From a virus (lineage: Duplodnaviria; Caudoviricetes): a stretch of DNA of 40,880 nucleotides. The notes below the pieces were generated by a model. That model was not told where the DNA came from. It was given only the letters and a program-made list of their open reading frames with translations, and did not search any database. The position numbers and the translations under genes were made by a program. The DNA lies in IMG/VR virus record IMGVR_UViG_3300043748_000009, positions 1-40,880 of that record. One strand, 5' to 3'. This document shows positions 1 to 8,427 of this stretch, one piece after another (position 1 is the stretch's first letter; each line of letters starts with the position of its first letter).

Positions 1-254
1 ACCGGGGTTCAGCCTTGGGAATGAGGGGTGACCCCGGTACGTGCATATGCGCTTTGCTGCGAATCGAAAGTTTGATCTTCTAGCAAACTTTTTCGGTTAC
101 GAGTAGGACACGACACCTACCGTGACAAGTAGGTGCCGTATCCATCACGCTACGGGGCGGTAACTAGGCGTCAGCGCCGTACAGCGAGCCCCAAGAGCGC
201 TTGCCTATCTCCGCCTCAGCTTCGATCGGGACCCCCATCAGGTCGAAGGTCATG
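1..254. repeat. Terminal overlap of circular assembly (copy 1)
   Basis: Identical to 40627-40880 except A127/G40753; cuts through the 3' end of the DNA polymerase gene. Confidence 0.95.
114..135. promoter_or_regulatory. Degenerate 22-bp operator-like palindrome
   Basis: CACCTAC-cgtgacaa-GTAGGTG: same length and outer arms as the 12-copy motif. Confidence 0.55.
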
Positions 255-2020
255 CATCGCTCGATCTCGCGCGCGTAGTCCTGGGCCTCAGCCTTCGGGA
301 CGCTGGCGAGTACTTCGTCATGGATCGGCAAGCGCAGGAACTCCAAGAGTCCGGCGTCTTCAAGGTTGATCAGGCTCTGTCCCAGGCAGTCACGGGCAGC
401 GCTCTGAACGCCGTAGTTGACCACCGCGTACGTGCGCTCACGGTCGAGCGGCAGGCGCCTACCGGTCACGGACACATGGACCATGCCAGTCTCGTAAGCC
501 TCGCGCTGCCAGCGGTTAGACATGCGCCGAATCTCGGGATACGCCCGGTCATAGGCAGCGAGCGCGCGCCGTACATCGTCTTCGTCAGCGCCAGTCTGAC
601 GCGCAATAGTCGGTGCCCCTCCCCCGTAGACCTTGCCGAAGGCGATTCCCTTAGAGATCTTTCGATGCTTCGGGGTGAAGTTCTCGCCGAACACCAGACG
701 TGCCGTGAAGCTGTGCAGGTCTTCGCCGTTCCGGATCGCTTCCTTCATTCGCTTCACGTCGCCCAGCGCTGCCAACACGCGAAGCTCAACCGCATTGAAG
801 TCTGTGGACACGATCACGTGCCCTTCGTCAGCGAGCAGAGCGCGCCGAATCATGTGGTCGCCGGATGGCAGGGTTTGAAGCGCCGGACGCGTAACGCTCA
901 TGCGACCCGTACGCGCCTGCATTGAGTTGATGAACGGGTGAACGCGCCCCTCAGCGTCCGCCACATCAAGGAAGGTTTGCGTGTACGCGCTGCGCCACTT
1001 GCCAGCGCGCTTCGATCGAATGATGGCCTCAGCCAGCGGGTTGGGCTTGCGTGTGCCGAGTGGCTTACCCGAGTTCTGGTCAAGGTCTGCGAAGCGATGC
1101 AATACGGCCTTGTCGACCTTGAGCGCGCCGGATGCCGTGACCTCCCCAGGAAGCCACTGTTCACCCATGGCGCTGAGTGCCTCGCGAAGCTGTGCAGGCG
1201 CATTCACGTTGTGCACCCCGTAGCGCAGGCATGCCGCTTCGTACATGAGCGCTTCGTCAGCAAGCTTCGCATCAAGCGCACTCGTGTACTCGGTATCCAG
1301 CACCATGCCCCTGCGCTGCATGACGGAGCAGATACGGGCTATCTCGTGCTCGTACGCAATGAGCTTCGGCCGGACCCCCAACATGTTCAGCTCAGTGTCT
1401 AGGGCCACGTCGAGACGCGCTGTGAGAATCACGTCAAGTCCGGCGTACAGAAGGTAAGTCGGATGGTCCAGCGGAATGCCCGCCCACCCCGTAGCCTTCG
1501 TGAGCTTCAGCGAGCGAAATACGGCCGTAAGGTCGCCCTGGGTGTCCGGCGCCGAAGGGTCGAGATACCACGCGCTGAGAGGCTTCAGACCGGTCCCCCG
1601 ACCACCTTCCTGCGGCTGGCGCGGGTCCACCAGGCCAGCCTTTAGGCGAGTGTCGATGGTCTTCGGTGCCAGCATCTCAAGCGTGGTATCCGCGTGCCGG
1701 TCAAGGACTGCCCAGTCAAAGGGCGCGTTGTGAATCTGAAACTTGCGCACATGAAAGAGGGCACGGTGCGCGAACTCAGCGAACCAGCCACCCAGTTCGT
1801 ACAGAATGACCCAGGCCGTGTGTCGGTCCCCGAACTGAACCGTACGAAGCCGGTAACCGGGCGAGTAGATATCAAGGCCCGTAGTCTCTGTGTCCAGCGC
1901 AATGGGCCCACGTCGGTCAGCCTCAATCAACCAGGCTTGGAACTCTTCCAATTCCTCGTAGGTCTCAGGGACCTTGACGGTTACCGGGTCGCTGGCAATC
2001 TCGTATCGGTAGACCTTCAC
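164..2020 (-). CDS. DNA polymerase, family A (3'-5' exonuclease + polymerase)
   Basis: ExoI DTETTG, motif A STDFNAVELR, motif B RKISKGIAFGKVYG, motif C IHDEV; GTG at 2020 with AGAGAGG RBS preferred to ORF-track start 2086, which spans an operator copy. Confidence 0.95.
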   Translation of the reverse strand: MKVYRYEIASDPVTVKVPETYEELEEFQAWLIEADRRGPIALDTETTGLDIYSPGYRLRTVQFGDRHTAWVILYELGGWFAEFAHRALFHVRKFQIHNAPFDWAVLDRHADTTLEMLAPKTIDTRLKAGLVDPRQPQEGGRGTGLKPLSAWYLDPSAPDTQGDLTAVFRSLKLTKATGWAGIPLDHPTYLLYAGLDVILTARLDVALDTELNMLGVRPKLIAYEHEIARICSVMQRRGMVLDTEYTSALDAKLADEALMYEAACLRYGVHNVNAPAQLREALSAMGEQWLPGEVTASGALKVDKAVLHRFADLDQNSGKPLGTRKPNPLAEAIIRSKRAGKWRSAYTQTFLDVADAEGRVHPFINSMQARTGRMSVTRPALQTLPSGDHMIRRALLADEGHVIVSTDFNAVELRVLAALGDVKRMKEAIRNGEDLHSFTARLVFGENFTPKHRKISKGIAFGKVYGGGAPTIARQTGADEDDVRRALAAYDRAYPEIRRMSNRWQREAYETGMVHVSVTGRRLPLDRERTYAVVNYGVQSAARDCLGQSLINLEDAGLLEFLRLPIHDEVLASVPKAEAQDYAREIERCMTFDLMGVPIEAEAEIGKRSWGSLYGADA

Positions 2021-2050
2021 GGCGAAGCCTCTCTGTACAGCAGAAGGGGC

Positions 2051-2072
2051 CACATACGGATATCCGTAGGTG
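2051..2072. promoter_or_regulatory. 22-bp operator-like palindrome
   Basis: CACATACGGATATCCGTAGGTG with GGGGC/ACCCC flanks. Confidence 0.8.
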
Positions 2073-2093
2073 ACCCCTTCTTGCATCTTTGTG

Positions 2094-4523
2094 TCAGTCC
2101 TGGGCGAAGATGCCCGGACCCTGCGCCCCTTGTATCGGGTGAGCGGCCCGTATGCCCACCAGCGTGATGCCCTTGTTGGTCTTCTTGCGGCTCACCTGGC
2201 GCTCTTCCATCGCGTCATAGAAGCTGCGACGGGTCCAAATCTCCTTGCTCGGCAGTCCCTCAGCCTCGCACCACTCGCGGTACGCGTTGTAGGCGTCCGC
2301 CCCGGGAACCTGGGAAGCGTCGTCCCGCTCGAAGACGCCAGGGAAGAACCCAACCAGCGCGTCAGAAGTCTCGCGGTACTCGCGCGAGGCAGCAGTGATG
2401 ACAGGCGGGTCCTGCAAGCCGTTGGCGAACCACTCAGCGGCGCCACGGACCGCCCACGCTGCAATACCCTGGGCTTCCGCCCGGAGCTTCTCGTCAAGGC
2501 CGTAGTCCCGCTCATGGGGCGCAAACCAGCGCTTGAAGGGGATCATCTTGACTCGACGCCACAGACCTTCGTCCTGCCCGCGAAACTTGGGCTTGTGGTT
2601 CGTCGCCAGCATGAGCAGGAACGTCGGTCGAAACTCGAAGAACTCTTGCCGGAGGAATCGAGCGCTGACCATGTCCTTACCGGTGACGCGCTTCAGCACA
2701 GCTTCGCTCATGGGCTTGCCCGACTCACCTTCGGACGCCATGACAAGCCGCGCACCACGCAGCGCAGCAATATCGTTCGGAATGCCGCCGGACTGCTTTT
2801 CTTCGAAGGTTGCAAAGGGAGTGGTCTTCGTGACGTTGCCGAACACACTGGAAAGCGTGTCCGTCAGAACTGACTTGCCGTTGGCGCCCTTGCCCCAGAG
2901 CACAGCGAAACACTGCTCGTCGGTGTAGCCTGTAATGCCGTAGCCGATGAGTCGCTGAAGATAGGCAGGCATCTCAGGCATGCCCGGCATGATCTCTTCT
3001 ATGAACCGCTCCCAGCGTGGAGCCTTAGCGAGCGGGTCATAGTCGATTGCCAGGCAGTACGTCAGCATGTCTTCCTTGGCATGCGGACGCAGGCGACCGG
3101 AACGGAGTTCCACTGTGCCATTCCGGAAGGAAAGCAAGTCCGGCCGGTTATCGAAGTCTTGCGGAGCAACATAGACGCTAGGAACCGAGCGAAGCTCAGT
3201 CATCAGAGCATCAATCCGCGTGGTCATGGTGAACCCCTTGGATTCCTGCAACTTGCCAGCCAGCACCAGGGCAGCACCCATGCGGTGAATTTCCTGGCGT
3301 ACCTTGACTTCGCTCCGCTCCCAGGTGCGACCGGTCCAGACGTAGAAACCCAGACCGGGCGCATACTTGATCCGGCCATCAGTCCACGTGACCAGTGCGT
3401 GAGCGTTCATGGCGTCAGACTCGCCGTAGCGCTCAATCAGGTTGGCCAGGATGCGGCCCGCTTCGGTGCCCTGGTCACGGCTGACGACGTCAGTTCCAGT
3501 GGCTTCGGCGAGTGCCTCGCTTACCTGGGCGCGCTGTGCGTCTTCGCTACGCGCTACCGGCTTTGCTGCCTTGACTGCCGAATGGAGCGCGCTCGGGAAT
3601 GCCGCAGGGTTGCTCTCGCGCCACTCTGATACGTCCCCCTGCCCTCTCGGGATTCCCAGCGCGTGAACGGCAATCCCGTAAGAACCAAGTCCCTCAGATA
3701 CTGCCCGGTTGAATCTACTCCCCGCTTCGTCGTTGTCTCCCGCAACGATGACCAAACGACCCTGAACCCCATCAGCCAACTCCTTCATAAGATCTGGGTT
3801 GTTGACCAGCGAGGCACCCCGGACAACGACAGCGTCATAGCCAACGGCCGTGACAGAAAGTCCGTCCCCAGGTCCCTCAGTGATGATCCATACGTTGTAT
3901 CCGCCATCCCCACGGAAGACGCCGTAAGGGGACCAGCGGAAGCCCTTCGGATTACTCAGCGACACCCAGCGCCCGGGGCATTCGCCGGTAAGGTCTCGGC
4001 CCTGCAATCCGCGCGGGTGCCCCTCGAAGTCCTTGAGCGGAACGGTAAGGCGCCGGTACTGCGAGAAGACGCGAGACGCGTATTTAAACTGGGTCCCGCT
4101 TGCGCTGAATCCCAACTCAAGGTCAGCCATCATGTCTTCGCTCAGACCGAACCGCCCAGCGGCATAGGCGCGAGCATCGTTGGCATGCGCGTTGCCGTAA
4201 TCGAAGAGCGCTGCCTGAGTGATGTCTACGAAGTAGGCCAGCGCTGCAAGGTCCCCCACACCGACCGGCGCAGGCGCCTCGCGCGGAACGGTGTTCCCGT
4301 CGCCTTCGGCATTGAACAGGTCCGGCCATGTAAGGCCAACGGCCTGAATGACTTTCTCTGTCATGCAGCCAGCGCGGCAGGTGATCCGTACCTTGTCATC
4401 GTCGCCCCGCCAAATCCTCAGCGAAGGCTTGCTGTCACCGTGCGCCGGACAGTGCGCCAGGTAACCCCCGTCATCCCGTTCGGACACCCCAGTGAAGCGG
4501 TCGAGAATCTCTGTGAACTGCAT
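2094..4523 (-). CDS. Primase-helicase (Zn-binding + TOPRIM + D5/P4-type SF3 helicase)
   Basis: CPAH..PSL..C...C zinc motif, TOPRIM ITEG..D and AGDND, Walker A GKGANGKS; ATG 4523 with GAAAGGG RBS. Confidence 0.93.
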   Translation of the reverse strand: MQFTEILDRFTGVSERDDGGYLAHCPAHGDSKPSLRIWRGDDDKVRITCRAGCMTEKVIQAVGLTWPDLFNAEGDGNTVPREAPAPVGVGDLAALAYFVDITQAALFDYGNAHANDARAYAAGRFGLSEDMMADLELGFSASGTQFKYASRVFSQYRRLTVPLKDFEGHPRGLQGRDLTGECPGRWVSLSNPKGFRWSPYGVFRGDGGYNVWIITEGPGDGLSVTAVGYDAVVVRGASLVNNPDLMKELADGVQGRLVIVAGDNDEAGSRFNRAVSEGLGSYGIAVHALGIPRGQGDVSEWRESNPAAFPSALHSAVKAAKPVARSEDAQRAQVSEALAEATGTDVVSRDQGTEAGRILANLIERYGESDAMNAHALVTWTDGRIKYAPGLGFYVWTGRTWERSEVKVRQEIHRMGAALVLAGKLQESKGFTMTTRIDALMTELRSVPSVYVAPQDFDNRPDLLSFRNGTVELRSGRLRPHAKEDMLTYCLAIDYDPLAKAPRWERFIEEIMPGMPEMPAYLQRLIGYGITGYTDEQCFAVLWGKGANGKSVLTDTLSSVFGNVTKTTPFATFEEKQSGGIPNDIAALRGARLVMASEGESGKPMSEAVLKRVTGKDMVSARFLRQEFFEFRPTFLLMLATNHKPKFRGQDEGLWRRVKMIPFKRWFAPHERDYGLDEKLRAEAQGIAAWAVRGAAEWFANGLQDPPVITAASREYRETSDALVGFFPGVFERDDASQVPGADAYNAYREWCEAEGLPSKEIWTRRSFYDAMEERQVSRKKTNKGITLVGIRAAHPIQGAQGPGIFAQD
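2133..2149 (-). promoter_or_regulatory. Phage-specific promoter-like motif
   Basis: + strand TATCGGGTGAGCGGCCC, upstream of DNA polymerase. Confidence 0.65.
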
Positions 4524-4556
4524 TTCTGCCCTTTCTCGTCGTCTCACTGGGGTGTG

Positions 4557-4572
4557 TATCGGGTGACCGGCC
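4557..4572 (-). promoter_or_regulatory. Phage-specific promoter-like motif
   Basis: TATCGGGTGACCGGCC, just upstream of primase-helicase. Confidence 0.7.
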
Positions 4573-4998
4573 TCAGAACGGCGGAGCCTCCGGGCCGAAG
4601 GATTCCGCCCACTCAGCCAGCGTCTTTGCGCCCTTGCTCAGGTTGCAACTCGCGCACGCTGGGACGATGTTGGACTCTGTGTCCGTACCGCCCTTGCTCA
4701 GCGGCTCGACATGGTCAAGGTGCGTGGCTATCGCGCCGCAGTAGGCACAGCGATGACGCCAGCGCGCGAGGATCTCCGTACGGCTGTAGGCAACATGCTC
4801 GACCCCATACGCCTTCGCACGGCGCTTGTGGGTCAGCTCATGGCGCTTGTCCGGCGGAAGCGACCGATAGAAATTGCGGATGTGCTGCGCCTGCTTTTTC
4901 CTGCGGCAGGTCGAGCACGCGCTAGAAGGTTTCTGAGCCTTGCCAGCGAGGAACTCTGAGGCGGGCCGACCCCGCCCGCATAGTCGACAGACCTTCAC
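4573..4998 (-). CDS. HNH endonuclease with N-terminal Zn finger
   Basis: CAYCG..HLDHVEPLSKGG..N..PAC..CN..K; CxxC pairs at N-terminus; GTG 4998 overlaps upstream stop (GTGA). Confidence 0.9.
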   Translation of the reverse strand: MKVCRLCGRGRPASEFLAGKAQKPSSACSTCRRKKQAQHIRNFYRSLPPDKRHELTHKRRAKAYGVEHVAYSRTEILARWRHRCAYCGAIATHLDHVEPLSKGGTDTESNIVPACASCNLSKGAKTLAEWAESFGPEAPPF

Positions 4999-5063
4999 CG
5001 CGCACTCATTCCCAGGGCGAAGCCAACGGCAACGCACACCAGCGCAATGACGAAGTAACTCAT
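4995..5063 (-). CDS. 22-aa hydrophobic peptide MSYFVIALVCVAVGFALGMSAR
   Basis: Hand-translated; ATGA/GTGA coupling on both sides, GAGGTGG RBS. Confidence 0.6.
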   Translation of the reverse strand: MSYFVIALVCVAVGFALGMSAR

Positions 5064-5233
5064 CTGATCCACCTCACTTCTACGCCGCGCGTGATAGCGC
5101 TGGACAGTGCGTCGAGATACCGGCCCCAATCTTTCCGAGACTCGACGCCTTCGGTAAGCCAGACCGTTTCACCCTTGCCCAGGGCCCGGATATCTCCCAG
5201 CGCAGGAGCAGAGCGAACGGACACAACGAACAC
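5060..5233 (-). CDS. Hypothetical protein, 57 aa (MFVVSVRSAPALGDIR...)
   Basis: Hand-translated; GTG start with GGAGGTG RBS supplied by the operator copy; not in ORF track. Confidence 0.7.
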   Translation of the reverse strand: MFVVSVRSAPALGDIRALGKGETVWLTEGVESRKDWGRYLDALSSAITRGVEVRWIR

Positions 5234-5237
5234 AGGT

Positions 5238-5259
5238 CACCTCCGGAAATCCGTATGTG
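5238..5259. promoter_or_regulatory. 22-bp operator-like palindrome (SD-bearing variant)
   Basis: CACCTCCGGAAATCCGTATGTG. Confidence 0.8.
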
Positions 5260-5305
5260 GTCAGAGTCGAAAAGGGGCCAGCGCGCGAGCACTGACCCCC
5301 TTCAC

Positions 5306-5452
5306 TTATCCGCGCAGACCCACGATGGCGCGTAGGACGATCTGAACCATGGCGAACGCCTGCTCTTCAGTGAAGCCTTCGGCCTTGTAGGCATCGAAGA
5401 ACTCCCGGAGTTGCGAAGCATGCATGCGCGATTCCGCGAACAGGTCATGCAT
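5306..5452 (-). CDS. Hypothetical protein, 48 aa (MHDLFAES...GFTEEQAF...)
   Basis: ATG 5452 with GGGAGG RBS, coupled to upstream gene. Confidence 0.75.
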   Translation of the reverse strand: MHDLFAESRMHASQLREFFDAYKAEGFTEEQAFAMVQIVLRAIVGLRG

Positions 5453-5744
5453 TGGCGTTGCCTCCCTGGTTGACGAAGTCCGGCGTAACGAGCCGTACGT
5501 GTTCCGCGCTGATCTCGACCGGCCGGAGCGTCTTACGGGCGCCCAGGCCCCACCCTGAGTCAGTGCCAGTGGGCTGAACGAGCAGCGTAGGCAGCAGGCG
5601 CCCACCAACGTTCTTCGTGGTGACGTCCTGCACGATGGCGTCAGTCATGCGGACCCGGTTGCCATGGCGAGTCCCGAAGGTGATCAGGTCACCTGCGTAG
5701 AGTTCCTCACCCGCATAGTCGGTAACAACTCCGCGCTTGCCCAT
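5445..5744 (-). CDS. Hypothetical protein, 99 aa
   Basis: ATG 5744 with GGAGAGAGG RBS. Confidence 0.8.
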   Translation of the reverse strand: MGKRGVVTDYAGEELYAGDLITFGTRHGNRVRMTDAIVQDVTTKNVGGRLLPTLLVQPTGTDSGWGLGARKTLRPVEISAEHVRLVTPDFVNQGGNANA

Positions 5745-5826
5745 GGGTGTTGTCCTCTCTCCGTATGAGCCTTGCACCACCTAAAGCCCCGACCCAGCGC
5801 ACAGGGCGCCAGACCGGGGCAGGTGA

Positions 5827-6063
5827 TTAGAAGAGCGGGATGGTGTGCTCAGCCTCGCGAGCCTCGCGCTCGTCCTCATAGACGCTGATGAGCTGAACAC
5901 GCTTCGTGGTGTCGACCTTGTCAGCAATGACGTTCTTGGCAGTCACGCCCGGAAGGTGGGCGACAGCCTTACGAGCCTGCGCATTGCCACCAGCGATGAC
6001 GAAGGCAGAGACGAACTCGCCAGGCTGGACGTCGTCAACGCGAATAACCTCGTAAAGGGCCAT
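5827..6063 (-). CDS. Hypothetical protein, 78 aa
   Basis: ATG with AGGAGAG RBS, in early operon. Confidence 0.8.
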   Translation of the reverse strand: MALYEVIRVDDVQPGEFVSAFVIAGGNAQARKAVAHLPGVTAKNVIADKVDTTKRVQLISVYEDEREAREAEHTIPLF

Positions 6064-6076
6064 GGGTGAAACTCTC

Positions 6077-6250
6077 CTAGTTGTATTCCGGATCGCCGAT
6101 AGGCTCAGGGTCGATTTGAAGAATGTGGCGCTTAGCTCGCTCGCTGAGAACGGCTAGGCGGTCATGGGGCGGGAACGTCCACAGGGGACGCCCAACAGTC
6201 TCGTCAGGCATCCCCCGCAGGATCCGTGCCGCTTCGTCGTTCAGGGGCAC
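6077..6250 (-). CDS. Hypothetical protein, 57 aa (MPLNDEAARILRGMPDE...PLWTF...)
   Basis: Hand-translated ORF that fills the gap after the RDF gene; weak RBS. Confidence 0.55.
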   Translation of the reverse strand: MPLNDEAARILRGMPDETVGRPLWTFPPHDRLAVLSERAKRHILQIDPEPIGDPEYN

Positions 6251-6259
6251 GGTGCAGCC

Positions 6260-6967
6260 TTACCGCTCTTCGCCGATGGCGTCGTTGTAGGAACCGAGCA
6301 CCGTGATAACCGGCTTGCGGTAACTCACGTCAATGCCAGCCTTGTTGGTGTACTGCACGTGCTCAAGGTCGAGTCGGCAGAGAGCCTCTCCGTCGACCTG
6401 GTCAAGCGCGTCCTTGACTTCGTGAATGACCTCAGCCAGCGTCCACGCAGTAGCGCGCATCTGACCGGCGCCCAGGTCATAACCCAGGCCAGCAAGGCGG
6501 AAGTTCACGATGATGTTCGGGGACGGGCCACGGCGACGCTTCGCCAGATCCTTGCGCTCAGACATGAGGGACGGGCAACCGCACGGCTGGCCCTTGTCCT
6601 CCGCAGGCGACAGGAAGTAGGCGCCATCACACTCGTGGATCGGACCGCCCGGACCCCACAGAATCAGCTTGTCCTCAATGGCCTTGCTGCCGTTGATGAC
6701 GATCTCGACAGAGTCAGACTCAGTCATCACGTGCATGTTCTGAGCCTTAGTGGGGTCGTACTCCTCCGCACGTCCGCCGAGAAGCTCAGCGATGCTGTCA
6801 GCCACCGTGGGATCGTCCGTGAGGACACGCCAGTGAGCCAGGGAAACCGGCTTGCGGTCAACCTGCATACCGGACCGGAACTGAAACACGGGGCGCTCGT
6901 ACTCACGCTTCGGCTCACGCTTTACCGGCTTCGCGTCAGGGTCAGTGTCGAAAATGCGCAGGGCCAT
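6260..6967 (-). CDS. Recombination directionality factor, phiC31 gp3-like
   Basis: F.SG, HECDG..F...GQPCGCP and C-terminal KP.ITVL.SYNDAI match my recollection of phiC31 gp3; syntenic after the Cas4-like gene. Confidence 0.85.
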   Translation of the reverse strand: MALRIFDTDPDAKPVKREPKREYERPVFQFRSGMQVDRKPVSLAHWRVLTDDPTVADSIAELLGGRAEEYDPTKAQNMHVMTESDSVEIVINGSKAIEDKLILWGPGGPIHECDGAYFLSPAEDKGQPCGCPSLMSERKDLAKRRRGPSPNIIVNFRLAGLGYDLGAGQMRATAWTLAEVIHEVKDALDQVDGEALCRLDLEHVQYTNKAGIDVSYRKPVITVLGSYNDAIGEER

Positions 6968-7059
6968 GGGAACCGCCGTTCTGTGTATGTGCTGTGACCG
7001 TGGACCGGAGGAGGGGCGGGGCTGTTTGCCTGCCGCCCGCTCCCCCTCTGCCTGTCTTG

Positions 7060-7076
7060 GATCGGGTGACCGGCCC
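7060..7076 (-). promoter_or_regulatory. Phage-specific promoter-like motif
   Basis: GATCGGGTGACCGGCCC, upstream of RDF. Confidence 0.7.
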
Positions 7077-7081
7077 CGGTC

Positions 7082-7912
7082 CTACGCGCGCCGCTGAGTG
7101 CCGGTTACGAGGGTTCCCGTGCTGGACGCTATGGGGTCGCCCAGGACTGTCTTAGAGACGCGCTGAACCCACTCGAAGGTGTGGCGCAGCGAAAGGAAGT
7201 GCTCGTACACATCCGCTTCGTCAATGCGGACCGGCTTGAATGCCCACTGATCCTCAGTGATGTGCAGGACGCAGGCGCCATCAAAGGTGGGCATAGCTTC
7301 GCGGGTACCGTCCGTGCCGATGATGAAGTCAGCGTGTGCGTACGCGCTCATCTGCAAGGCGACTTCCGGGTACGTGCTCTTGCTGGTCTTCCAGTCGGCC
7401 ATGACTAGCGCGGACTCGCCGTAAGGGTCCGGCTTACCGTTCTCGTCCAGTCGCAGGCGGAGCACAGCGTCAAAGCTTCCGGCGTACTCATGCTCATCAG
7501 ACCAGGCCACGTCTTCAGCGCGAACTAGGTCCGGCTGGACGTCGTCAAGGAACTCAGCGAAGTGGCGCTGATACGGGACCATGTCAGGGTGCACGCGCCC
7601 CACGTATTCGCCCCGGATCATGCGCTCGAAGAGATCGTGAGCGTCTGAGCCAACCTTCGCCCTGCGCTTCGTGTAGCGGCTCGCAGCGCCCTTGACGTAG
7701 TCGACAGCGCCCTGACGATCCCGCGCCGCCATTTCCTTGATGAAGTCGATTGAGTCGACAGCGAGTTCAGCCGCTTCCTTCGCCTGCCAGTAGGCCAGGA
7801 ACGGCTTAGGCAGCATTCCCACAACGGAGGTAACTCCGGGGTACTTGATTTCCGGCGCGTCCTCATTGAAGTAGAAGCGCGAGCCACTGCGCTGAATGGT
7901 GCGGATAGCCAC
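7082..7912 (-). CDS. Cas4-like / PD-(D/E)XK exonuclease
   Basis: YPGVTSV, G..AH, YAGSFD, DWKT, QMSAY motifs. Confidence 0.85.
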   Translation of the reverse strand: MAIRTIQRSGSRFYFNEDAPEIKYPGVTSVVGMLPKPFLAYWQAKEAAELAVDSIDFIKEMAARDRQGAVDYVKGAASRYTKRRAKVGSDAHDLFERMIRGEYVGRVHPDMVPYQRHFAEFLDDVQPDLVRAEDVAWSDEHEYAGSFDAVLRLRLDENGKPDPYGESALVMADWKTSKSTYPEVALQMSAYAHADFIIGTDGTREAMPTFDGACVLHITEDQWAFKPVRIDEADVYEHFLSLRHTFEWVQRVSKTVLGDPIASSTGTLVTGTQRRA

Positions 7913-7951
7913 TAGGGCCCCCTTCGGGTGTGTTTGCCTTCGAAGGGGTTG

Positions 7952-7968
7952 GATCGGGTGAGCGGTCC
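7952..7968 (-). promoter_or_regulatory. Phage-specific promoter-like motif
   Basis: GATCGGGTGAGCGGTCC, at the start of the early replication operon. Confidence 0.7.
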
Positions 7969-7969
7969 C

Positions 7970-8064
7970 AGTGACGAAGTGACGGTTTGATGGTCGGTTT
8001 CACAAAACCCTTAGAACTTCTTATGGCTTTGTGGAAATGGGGTCAGAATCGTCACTTCATCACT
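7970..8064. repeat. 95-bp palindromic element, copy 1
   Basis: AGTGACGAAGTGACG ... AT-rich core ... CGTCACTTCATCACT; second copy at 32016-32110. Confidence 0.85.
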
Positions 8065-8145
8065 TTGCCCTGGTCAGCGGCCCCTTGCGCTGTAGGGCGC
8101 TCGCGCCATCCGTCACGAAGCTCTGTACGGCCGTCTGAGGGCATG

Positions 8146-8182
8146 AAAAAGCCCCTCCGGACCACTGGGGCCAAGAGGGGCT
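8146..8182 (-). terminator. Intrinsic terminator ending the repressor operon
   Basis: AGCCCCTC...GAGGGGCT followed by U-run on minus strand. Confidence 0.8.
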
Positions 8183-8211
8183 GTAAGGGCGCCACAGGGG
8201 CGCTCAGGGGC

Positions 8212-8370
8212 TCACACGGTGTTGTACAGCCGCATGCAGTCGTCATAGTCGGGACCGCCCGGGGTGCAGATCAACTCACCAGGGGTCCGCTCGGTCAGCG
8301 CTGCTCGGGGCATGACGCGCGTACAGCGGGTGCAGGCTGCTACCTCACCCAGTTCAGGTGTCTCGTTCAT
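8212..8370 (-). CDS. Small Cys-rich protein, 52 aa (MNETPELGEVAACTRC...)
   Basis: Hand-translated; GAGGAG RBS; four Cys; second gene of the repressor operon. Confidence 0.7.
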   Translation of the reverse strand: MNETPELGEVAACTRCTRVMPRAALTERTPGELICTPGGPDYDDCMRLYNTV

Positions 8371-8390
8371 GCTGTCTCCTCAAACGCCGA

Positions 8391-8416
8391 AGGGGCCCCG
8401 GTTTCCCAGGGCCCCA
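8391..8416 (-). repeat. 26-bp GAAA-tetraloop hairpin, copy 1
   Basis: Minus strand GGGGCCCTGG-GAAA-CCGGGGCCCC; identical at 36211-36236. Confidence 0.85.
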
Positions 8417-8427
8417 GATGGTTGGTC

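Noticed and set aside
1-254. Biological direct terminal repeat
   Set aside because: It cuts through the polymerase gene, and the HK97-type terminase/HNH/cos arrangement points to cohesive ends near 30100; best explained as assembly overlap
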